NCBI GenBank assembly: GCA_030263685.1
Contig: SZPJ01000003.1
Coordinates: 336,073-400,072, forward strand
From: Chloroflexi bacterium CFX3
GTDB lineage: Bacteria > Chloroflexota > Anaerolineae > Aggregatilineales > UBA2796
Reading direction: 5' to 3'
Length of the DNA: 64,000 nucleotides
Part shown: in pieces, positions 56,519-64,000 of the stretch
How the letters are laid out: every line of letters starts with the position of its first letter
Numbering within the stretch: position 1 is the stretch's first letter
Position numbers and translations under genes: made by a program
The notes under the pieces: generated by a model
What the model was told of the DNA's origin: nothing
The model's database searches: none
What the model saw: only the letters and a program-made list of their open reading frames with translations

Positions 56519-57544
56519 CTAGACCTCAGGCATCGGCAAGCCCAGCGCCTTATACAGGCGATCTGCCTCAAAAAGATAGCCCGAACCACGCGCACGCACC
56601 GTCATGCGCTGCGAATAGCGTTTCAGGTGCAAGCCAGCAGCATGGAACGCCTGCGCCACATGCAAGCGGCGCGCACGGATACGCGCTGTCTGCAAGGCGC
56701 GATCAAAGGCATCTTGCGCGGCAGCTTGCTGGGAACGATCTGTTTCAAGGGCAACACCTAATGTGAAGTAAAGTGGCGATAGCACGCGCAAATCACCGCC
56801 GTTGCTGATGGCGTTCAAGCCGCTGTAGCAATGCTTCGTCGCCGCCTTGGGCGTGCCTTCGGCAAGCGCAATACGCGCCCGCAACCAGTAATATTCAGAA
56901 GCATACCAGACCAATTCGCGCTCTGTGATTAGCCCATCCGCCTGCTTCATCAGATCAGCGGCGCGGCGCAGTTCGCCCAAGCTAAGCGCTGCGTGCGCTT
57001 GCGTCAGCAAATTCTCGGCGTAGGCGTGCCAAATACCGCCGCTGCGGAAAACAGGCATGGCAGTCACAAGGTAGCGCTGGGCAAGGCTGTAATTGCCCTG
57101 ATCAAGGTGATATTCACGCGCCATAAGGTGCTGCTGCCATGCCACGCCAAGCCCATCACTGCTGCGCTTAAAGAGCAGTTCCGCTTGGGTGAATATCTCG
57201 TGAGCAGCTTGATATTGTCCAACATAACACAGCGCAGCGCCTTGCAGGCTCATCAGATAACCAATCCGATCAAGGGCGTTGCTCTCGCTTGCCAGCTTGA
57301 GCGCACGCTGCAACGTCTCAAGAGCAAGCGCGCCTTCGCCCAGCGCCCAATGCAGCCCGGATAGCTCACAGTGAAGGTCTAGGGCGGCCGCACCATTCAA
57401 CGCCGCTGTTTGCTCCGCTTGGCGTGTTTCGCGGCGCACCTCCAGCTCAGCAGGATGAGTGGCGGGCTGAAAAGGAATGGTGAGTTCCGTCACAAATGGC
57501 ATAGCTTCTATGTTCTCCGCTGTTCTGGCATATGCGCTGCACAT
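56519..57544 (-). CDS. Hypothetical all-helical TPR-like protein
   Basis: Repeated ~34-aa helical hairpins with Ala/Leu/Tyr periodicity. The true start may be at MPFVTEL (57502). Confidence 0.5.
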   Translation of the reverse strand: MCSAYARTAENIEAMPFVTELTIPFQPATHPAELEVRRETRQAEQTAALNGAAALDLHCELSGLHWALGEGALALETLQRALKLASESNALDRIGYLMSLQGAALCYVGQYQAAHEIFTQAELLFKRSSDGLGVAWQQHLMAREYHLDQGNYSLAQRYLVTAMPVFRSGGIWHAYAENLLTQAHAALSLGELRRAADLMKQADGLITERELVWYASEYYWLRARIALAEGTPKAATKHCYSGLNAISNGGDLRVLSPLYFTLGVALETDRSQQAAAQDAFDRALQTARIRARRLHVAQAFHAAGLHLKRYSQRMTVRARGSGYLFEADRLYKALGLPMPEV

Positions 57545-57685
57545 CTGATTTTGTTAAAAATCCATTGACAGATCATGACAAATGCCCACTAAAAGCATGA
57601 CCACGAATCGCCAAACTGTCAAGGGCAAGGCAGCGCGCTGATGTTATAATAGCCTGCTACCACAGATAGAGAGGCGATTTTTGGC

Positions 57686-58729
57686 ATGGATACGATTGAC
57701 CTACGCTCCGACACGGTGACTCACCCAACGCCTGCAATGCGCGCTGCGATGGCAAATGCCCTTGTTGGTGATGATGTTTACGGCGAAGACCCAACCCTAC
57801 ACGCTATCCAAGACTATGCGGCTGACCTGCTCGGTAAAGAAGCCGCGCTTTACCTGCCAACCGCCACCATGAGCAACCTCACCGCACTCTTAACCCATTG
57901 TGCGCGTGGCGAGGAAGTTATCCTCTCTCAAAAATCTCACATTTATCAATATGAACAAGGTGGCGCCTCAGCGCTTGGCGGCATTAGCTACCACCCACTG
58001 CCCGTCAATTTTGATGGCACGCTCAGCCTAGAGGCGATCATCGCTGCCATACGCCCTGATGATCCACACTTCACACGCACGCGCCTAATTTGCCTTGAGA
58101 ACACTGTGCATGGCTGCGGCGGCACGCCCATCACGCCTGACTACACGAATGCCGTTGGTGCCTTGGCACGCCAGCACGGGCTGAAACTCCATATAGACGG
58201 CGCACGGCTGTTCAACGCAGCTGCCGCGCTCAAGGTTGAGCCGCGACAGTTGGTTGCCGCTGCCGATTCAATCCAGTTGTGCCTGAGCAAGGGCTTGTGT
58301 GCGCCGTTGGGTGCCTTGTTGGTCGGCAGCAGAGAGTTTATCGCACAGGCGCTGCGTGTGCGAAAAGTGCTAGGCGGTGGAATGCGGCAGGCAGGCGTCG
58401 TAGCGGCAGCCGGTTTGGTCGCCCTTCAGGATATGCGCGCACGCTTGGCAGACGATCATCACACTGCACAAATGCTTGCCGAAGGCTTGGCAGACATCGA
58501 AGGCGTGCAGGTTGAGCCAGCGCACATCCGCACGAATATGGTCTTTTTCCATCTGCCCAAGGCTGTCGACTCCGCCGCGTTTGTGGCAGAGCTAAAGGCG
58601 CGCAACGTGATCTTGCGCGGCAAATCGCCCTTTCGGCTGGTCACCCATTACTACATCACGCCGCAGCGCGTGCTGTACACACTCCAAGCCATGCGCGAAG
58701 TCTTAGCAGCCTTGCGCGTCGTGGCATAG
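57686..58729 (+). CDS. ltaE: Low-specificity L-threonine aldolase
   Basis: 'IDLRSDTVTHPT', 'DDVYGEDPT' and a PLP-Lys region in a fold-type I layout. 347 aa. Confidence 0.85.
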   Translation: MDTIDLRSDTVTHPTPAMRAAMANALVGDDVYGEDPTLHAIQDYAADLLGKEAALYLPTATMSNLTALLTHCARGEEVILSQKSHIYQYEQGGASALGGISYHPLPVNFDGTLSLEAIIAAIRPDDPHFTRTRLICLENTVHGCGGTPITPDYTNAVGALARQHGLKLHIDGARLFNAAAALKVEPRQLVAAADSIQLCLSKGLCAPLGALLVGSREFIAQALRVRKVLGGGMRQAGVVAAAGLVALQDMRARLADDHHTAQMLAEGLADIEGVQVEPAHIRTNMVFFHLPKAVDSAAFVAELKARNVILRGKSPFRLVTHYYITPQRVLYTLQAMREVLAALRVVA

Positions 58730-58750
58730 GTTTAGGTAAAGGCAGCAGGT

Positions 58751-61700
58751 ATGAAATCAGGCACATTCAGCACATCGCACACCGTCCGCAAGCGCAAACA
58801 GCGGCGGCAGCAACAGCGACGGGCGCAAACGCACGGTCTGTTTGGTGTGGCGGCGATTCTGATGGGCAGTGTGGTTGTGGTAGCTGCACTGGTCACGATT
58901 ATCGGTGTGGTGGCGTTTGTGGGCGTCTATACTTTTTACGCCCGCGATTTGCCACCACCTTCCGAAATCGTCAAGGTGCGCGACCAGTTCGAGACGACCC
59001 TGATTTACGACCGCAGCGGACAAACCGTACTCTACCAAGTCCTTGATCCAAGTGGTGATCGGCAGTACCTCGCCTTTAAGGACATCTCGCCCGATCTCAT
59101 CAACGCGACGATTGCCATTGAAGACCGTAGTTTTTACGAAAACCCCGGCTTTGATGTGCGCGGTATTCTGCGCGCTGTGTGGCTGGCACTCCAAGAAGAC
59201 GCCGTGCAAGGCGGCAGCACCATCACACAACAGTTGGTCAAAAACACCCTCATCCCGCCTGAGGAACGTACCCAGATCACACAAGCGCGCAAGATCAAAG
59301 AGATCATCCTTGCCGCCGAGATTTCGCGCCTCTACAGCAAAGATCAGATTCTAGAATGGTATTTGAACACCAACTTTTACGGCAACCTTGCCTATGGCGT
59401 TGGCACGGCGGCGCGTGTTTACTTCGGCAAATCGGCGCGAGAGCTAACACTTGGCGAGGCGGCGATGTTGGCTGCCATTCCGCAGAATCCGCAGCTTAAT
59501 CCCTTAGATGCACCAACCGCAGCGCGCCAGCGCCAAATTGTGGTGTTAGAAAGTATGGTGATCGGCGGCTTCATCACAGCCGAACAGGCAGAACAGGCTG
59601 CCGCACAGCCGATCATCACCCAACCTTTGGCAGAGCGGTTCGGCATTGTCGCGCCACACTTTTCGATCTTTGCACGCTCACAAGCAGAGTCACTGCTCAA
59701 CGCGCAAGGGCTGGATGGCGCTCGCTTGGTGCTGGGCGGCGGCTTGCGAATCTACACAACGCTTGATCTTGACCTGCATTTTCAGGCAGAGTGTGCCATG
59801 CGCGCTCATGTTGGGCGCCTCAGCGGCGGTGATCCCTCGCTTGTGCCAAATACGGGTGAGGGCAAGATGTGCCTTGCCGCGCAGTATTTGCCCACGCCGC
59901 CTAACCTGCGCCTGAATACGCCGCGCAACGTCACCAACGCGGCAAGTGTGATCATCCGCCCACAGACGGGCGAGATTCTGGCGATGGTTGGCAGCCTTGA
60001 TTATTACAACGGCGGCATTCAGGGGAGCTTTAATGTGGCGGCGCAGGGCTTGCGGCAGCCCGGCTCTGCCTTCAAGCCTTTTGTGTATATGGCTGCCTTC
60101 GCCTCGCCTGAAACGCGCTACACGCCTGCCACAATGCTGCTGGACGTGCCGACTACCTTCAATCAGGATGGTCTTACCTACACACCACGCAACGAAGACG
60201 GGCAGTTTCGCGGCGTGGTAACAGTCCGTGAGGCACTCGCCAATTCCTACAATGTGCCAACAGTGCGCGCCCTGAGCGAGACGACCATTGGACAAGTCAT
60301 CCGTACAGCACGGCAACTCGGCTTGAACACACTCACCCGCCCGCTGGACGAATATGGCTTGGCGCTGGCGCTGGGCAGCGGTGAGGTCACCCTGCTCGAT
60401 CTCACCTACGCCTACACGCCCTTTGCCACGCTTGGCACGATGGCTGGCACGCCTATCGCTAATCCGCGCATGGGCTTCCGCGCCCTTGATCCTGTCGCCA
60501 TTTTGCGGATCGAGGATCGGAGTGGGCGCGTGCTGTGGCAGTTTGACGAGCGCGGCAGCACCTTTGGCAGGCAAAGCGTGCTGCAAGACTCGCTTGCCTA
60601 CCTCATCACCGATATTTTGGCAGATAACGAGGCGCGCCTACCTGCTTTTGGCGCGGGCAATGCCTTGCAGCTTTCGCGCCCTGCTGCCGTGAAAACCGGC
60701 ACGACGAATGATGTGCGTGATGCATGGACAATCGGCTACACGCCCGATCTGGTGGTGGGCGTGTGGGTTGGCAACAACAACAATACGCCGCTAGGTGATG
60801 ACCTTGGCGGTGCAACGGCTGCCGCTCCGATCTGGCACGCCGTGATGGAATACGCGCACCGCCGTGATGGGCTGCCGCCGCGCCGTTGGGAAGCGCCTAA
60901 CGGCATTGTGGAGGCAACCGTTTGCCAGCGCAGCGGCTTGCTACCAACTGCCGATTGCCCCAAAATGAAAGAAATCTTCTACGCGGAAGGCACCTTTAGC
61001 ACTGTGCCAACGCAGCTCGATACCTATTGGCGGCGCTACCGCATCAACGCACGCAACGGACTGCGCGCCACCGCTGATACACCGCCCGAATTGATCGCTG
61101 AGCGCGTCTACTTTGAATATCCGCCGGAGGCGCAGCTTTGGGCGCGCCAAACAGGGCAGCCCTTGCCGCCAACTGAGTATGACTCGGCGCGCACCGCACG
61201 CCTGAGTACGCTGGACGGCAACCTGACCGCGCCGCAGAGTTTAGCGCGGCTGCGCGGCGTGATTGAGGTGCGCGCACGCTTGCCGCAGGGCAAAATCATC
61301 GGCTATCAATTGGAGTATGGTGAGGGCATCAGCCCAGAACGCTGGTTTGCCATCCCTGTAGAAGATATGGCGCTGCGCGGTGAGGATGTGCGCCTTGCCC
61401 GTTGGGATACAAGCGCGCTGGATGGGCTTTACACGCTGCGGCTGGGCATGGTGCTGGATGATCAGCGCTTTCAGGTGCATACGGTGCAGGTGGCGATTGA
61501 TAACCAGCCGCCAAGCGTGCAGTGGCTTTCGCCCGTGCCGAATGATGCCATCAGCGCCAGTGTGGGTGTGGTGCAGTTGGCGCTCAGTGCGACGGATAAC
61601 GTCGAGGTGAGCTATGTGGAGTTCTTCTGGAATGGCACGCCGATTGCCCGTGTTGAGCGCGCACCTTATGTTACGGAATGGCGCATCACCAAGCTGGGCG

Positions 61701-61783
61701 CGCAGTTATTCCATGCGGTGGTGCATGATGTGGCGGGCAACACGCGCCGTTCCGAGACGGTGGAAGTGTTGATTATTGAGTAG
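58751..61783 (+). CDS. Class A penicillin-binding protein (PBP1A-type, transglycosylase plus transpeptidase) with a ~250-aa C-terminal β-rich extension
   Basis: GT51 motifs ('IAIEDRSFYENPGFD', 'GGSTITQQLVKN'), the transpeptidase motifs 'SAFKPF' (SxxK), 'SYN' (SxN) and 'KTGTT', and an N-terminal TM anchor. 1010 aa. Confidence 0.85.
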   Translation: MKSGTFSTSHTVRKRKQRRQQQRRAQTHGLFGVAAILMGSVVVVAALVTIIGVVAFVGVYTFYARDLPPPSEIVKVRDQFETTLIYDRSGQTVLYQVLDPSGDRQYLAFKDISPDLINATIAIEDRSFYENPGFDVRGILRAVWLALQEDAVQGGSTITQQLVKNTLIPPEERTQITQARKIKEIILAAEISRLYSKDQILEWYLNTNFYGNLAYGVGTAARVYFGKSARELTLGEAAMLAAIPQNPQLNPLDAPTAARQRQIVVLESMVIGGFITAEQAEQAAAQPIITQPLAERFGIVAPHFSIFARSQAESLLNAQGLDGARLVLGGGLRIYTTLDLDLHFQAECAMRAHVGRLSGGDPSLVPNTGEGKMCLAAQYLPTPPNLRLNTPRNVTNAASVIIRPQTGEILAMVGSLDYYNGGIQGSFNVAAQGLRQPGSAFKPFVYMAAFASPETRYTPATMLLDVPTTFNQDGLTYTPRNEDGQFRGVVTVREALANSYNVPTVRALSETTIGQVIRTARQLGLNTLTRPLDEYGLALALGSGEVTLLDLTYAYTPFATLGTMAGTPIANPRMGFRALDPVAILRIEDRSGRVLWQFDERGSTFGRQSVLQDSLAYLITDILADNEARLPAFGAGNALQLSRPAAVKTGTTNDVRDAWTIGYTPDLVVGVWVGNNNNTPLGDDLGGATAAAPIWHAVMEYAHRRDGLPPRRWEAPNGIVEATVCQRSGLLPTADCPKMKEIFYAEGTFSTVPTQLDTYWRRYRINARNGLRATADTPPELIAERVYFEYPPEAQLWARQTGQPLPPTEYDSARTARLSTLDGNLTAPQSLARLRGVIEVRARLPQGKIIGYQLEYGEGISPERWFAIPVEDMALRGEDVRLARWDTSALDGLYTLRLGMVLDDQRFQVHTVQVAIDNQPPSVQWLSPVPNDAISASVGVVQLALSATDNVEVSYVEFFWNGTPIARVERAPYVTEWRITKLGAQLFHAVVHDVAGNTRRSETVEVLIIE

Positions 61784-61917
61784 GGGTGGCTGCGACAGAC
61801 CGAAGCAGCCTCGAAAACTTGAAAATAACTTATGAATTTTTCATAAAAATGCTTGACCCAATCTGGAACTTAACCTATGCTTAAAGTTGGCTTGGGGTTT
61901 CTGAGAGGAATTTCATC

Positions 61918-62544
61918 ATGAGCAAAAAATTGTTCGCAGCCATCTTAGCGTTAGCGCTTCTCTTTGGCGGTTTGGCGGTTGGCAGCCCCGTGCTTGCTAA
62001 CCACGAGTGGGAATTGGATTCGGTGACCTGTGTGGGTGGCACCATCTTCGTCGAGGCACGCCACCTCTTTGACACAAGCGCGCCCGGCCTGTGGGTAGAT
62101 GTTTATGTGAACAGCGCCTACTTAACCACCGTTGAATTTTTCGATGACTCCGCGCCGCAGCCGGTTGGCAGCTACACCCTCACCTACTCAAATGCGGCGT
62201 TTGTTACCGGCGCATTCGTGGAACTTGATGGTTATGGGCTATCGGCAACATGCGTTGCTCCAACAGTAGCGGCGCCAGTATTTGCGGGCAAGCCACTGCC
62301 GGCGGGCGCGAATTTGGTATTGTTCTTGGGCGATGAAGCAATCCTTGACGGACCCAACGGCAACCGCATTGGTTTGGTCATGAAGACCTGCAAGACCGAG
62401 TTCGTCGTTGCAGTTAGCCCCGATGGCAAATGGGGACAGCTCTATCAGCAGGGCGGTTGGGTCTCGCTGGCAAACATCCTCGATGTGCCAGAGGCATACG
62501 GGCAACCCGGCTTCCCGATTTACCCACCGTGCGTTGGTAAATAA
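61918..62544 (+). CDS. Secreted protein (208 aa, signal peptide), function unknown
   Basis: 'MSKKLFAAILALALLFGGLAVGSPVLA' is a signal peptide. A GAGAGG RBS precedes the ATG. An AT-rich upstream region carries the ATGAA-TTT-TTCAT inverted repeat. Confidence 0.55.
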   Translation: MSKKLFAAILALALLFGGLAVGSPVLANHEWELDSVTCVGGTIFVEARHLFDTSAPGLWVDVYVNSAYLTTVEFFDDSAPQPVGSYTLTYSNAAFVTGAFVELDGYGLSATCVAPTVAAPVFAGKPLPAGANLVLFLGDEAILDGPNGNRIGLVMKTCKTEFVVAVSPDGKWGQLYQQGGWVSLANILDVPEAYGQPGFPIYPPCVGK

Positions 62545-62647
62545 CACTTCCAGTCGGCTAGGCTAGGTTTGGTGTGAGCGAGGCAACCCCTCGCTCACGC
62601 TGTTTTTGGGTATACTTCGCCGTATCGCCTTTTTGAGAGAGCGGATC

Positions 62648-63649
62648 ATGCTGCGCTTTAGCCTTCGCCTGAATAACGATCTACCCGTGCCTGAATATGT
62701 GCGCCTTGCCCGCGCTGCTGAGGCAGCAGGCTTTGATCAGTTTTGGGTGAGCGATGATCTGTTCCTGCGCGCCGCCTCAGTGATCCTCTCGGCAGTCGCG
62801 GTTGCCACCCAGCGCATTCAAATCGGCACTTGCATTGTCAATCCCTACACGCTGCACGTCGCAGAAATGGCAATGATGGCTGCCACGCTCGATGAACTCT
62901 CAGGCGGGCGCTTTAATCTAGGCATCGCAGCCGGCGCGGCGCAGTTCCTGAAGTGGGTGGGCATTGAGCAAACGCGCCCTATCACCGCACTGCGTGAGGC
63001 GATTCACGCCCTGCGGCTGCTCTTTGGCGGTGAGCGTGCCGCGCTGGATGGGCAGTTTTTGCGCTGGACGGACGAGGCGTATCTGCGTTTTGTGCCGCCG
63101 CGCCGCCACATCCCGATTTATGTGGGCGCCCTCAGCCCGAACATGCTACGCCTGACGGGTGAACTTGCCGATGGCGGTTTGCCGCTGCTCTTTCCGCCCG
63201 AACACTACGCCCGCATCCTGCCCTATGTGCAAGAAGGCTTGGCGCAGGGCGGACGGGCGCTCGAAAGCCTTGATTTGGCAGCCTGTGTATGGTGCAGCAT
63301 CAGTGAGGATCGGGCGGCGGCTGAGTATGCCCTGCGCGAGAAGATCGCCTACTACGGACACGCGCTCAGCCCACTGATTTGGGAAGCACTCGGCGTGCAG
63401 GCTGCCGATTTCGCAGCGATTGAGCAGGCGGCGATGGTTGAAGGCGATTTGAAAAAGGCAGCCGCGTTAGTGACGCCGCCTATGTTGCGAATCGGTATTT
63501 TGGGCGGCGCACGCGATCTGATTGAGCGTCTAGAAGGGCTGGTGGCGCTTGGTGTGCGCCATTTGAGCTTAGGTCCGCCGCTGAGCGATGATCCCTACAC
63601 AATGATTGAACTGGTCGGGCGTGAGGTGATCCCGCACTTTCGGCGCTAG
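62648..63649 (+). CDS. LLM-class (luciferase-like) flavin/F420-dependent oxidoreductase
   Basis: 'FDQFWVSDDLFLR', 'LGIAAGAA' and a TIM-barrel LLM layout. The start is at MLRFSL. Confidence 0.8.
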   Translation: MLRFSLRLNNDLPVPEYVRLARAAEAAGFDQFWVSDDLFLRAASVILSAVAVATQRIQIGTCIVNPYTLHVAEMAMMAATLDELSGGRFNLGIAAGAAQFLKWVGIEQTRPITALREAIHALRLLFGGERAALDGQFLRWTDEAYLRFVPPRRHIPIYVGALSPNMLRLTGELADGGLPLLFPPEHYARILPYVQEGLAQGGRALESLDLAACVWCSISEDRAAAEYALREKIAYYGHALSPLIWEALGVQAADFAAIEQAAMVEGDLKKAAALVTPPMLRIGILGGARDLIERLEGLVALGVRHLSLGPPLSDDPYTMIELVGREVIPHFRR

Positions 63650-63655
63650 ACGCGG

Positions 63656-64000
63656 CTAGGCATCGGCAAGCCATGCGTTCAGGATTTCCTGCGTGCTGCG
63701 GAAGGCAACATCCGGCAAGGTGCGGCGCGTGAACCACTGCGCGTCGGCGGCGTCATCTGCCGCGCATAGTTCACCACCAATCACGCTTGCCTCGTAGATA
63801 ATCACAATGGCATCGTCATAAAGCACGTCTAGTAAGCGCGTGATGTGTATCTGCAAGCCGGTTTCCTCTAATACTTCGCGGGCAGCCGCAAGTTTAGGGT
63901 CTTCGCCGCGATCCACATAGCCAGCGGGCAGCGCCCATTTGCCACGCTCAGGCTCATTGGCGCGCAGCACCAACAGCACTTGTGCGCCCATCCGAATGAA
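63656..64000 (-). CDS. Nudix hydrolase, 5'-partial. The start lies beyond the window end.
   Basis: 'GYVDRGEDPKLAAAREVLEETGL' is the Nudix box GX5EX7REUXEEXGU. Confidence 0.7.
   Translation of the reverse strand, partial: FIRMGAQVLLVLRANEPERGKWALPAGYVDRGEDPKLAAAREVLEETGLQIHITRLLDVLYDDAIVIIYEASVIGGELCAADDAADAQWFTRRTLPDVAFRSTQEILNAWLADA

Noticed and set aside
59690-60586. 298-aa - strand ORF
   Set aside because: It is antisense to the PBP1A gene.

Overview
This 64 kb window reads as a high-GC, gene-dense bacterial chromosomal segment. The gene content suggests Chloroflexota: an EF-G paralog of the EF-G2 type, a PucC/BCD-family MFS transporter, TTG/GTG start codons and a leaderless-looking promoter. 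I cannot confirm taxonomy without a database. I see no CRISPR array, transposase or integrase, so the window is mostly ordinary housekeeping territory.

Gene order along the + strand: partial sugar ABC substrate-binding protein (-); EAD-like+CHAT caspase-like protease and a SET-domain protein (+); EF-G paralog (+); three consecutive giant TadE/TadG-like pseudopilin genes (-) of 398, 882 and 903 aa, including a vWA domain and a Pro/Thr-repeat tail; GT2 glycosyltransferase (+); endonuclease V and an exonuclease-fused DinG helicase (-); three tandem paralogous ~130-aa proteins (-); membrane protein (-); PNPOx-like and MBL hydrolases (+); rpiB and a GCS2 ligase (-); rpsT and an M20 peptidase (+); PucC-like MFS (-); membrane protein (+); rpmJ (+, absent from the >=60-aa ORF track); ABC exporter (-); SDR (+); udk (-); flotillin (-); tRNA-Val(GAC) (-); an AT-rich islet with a small secreted protein (+).

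A nuoA-B-C-D-E-F-G-H-I operon (-) follows. It stops after nuoI and carries eight tightly coupled non-nuo ORFs embedded between nuoD/E, nuoE/F and nuoF/G. Downstream are an SbcD-like nuclease, a GT-C glycosyltransferase, a REC-like protein, ABC-F, a cyclophilin lipoprotein, tsaD, glgB (+), rsgA and a TPR-like protein (-), ltaE, PBP1A, a secreted protein and an LLM oxidoreductase (+), and a partial Nudix gene (-).

The most unusual items are:
- the EAD-like/CHAT protease next to the SET-domain gene;
- the triplicated small-protein family with a gene-conversion-like nucleotide tract;
- the cassettes inside the nuo operon, one of which carries a PD-(D/E)xK-like motif;
- the PT-repeat microsatellite-like tail of the 903-aa TadE-like gene.
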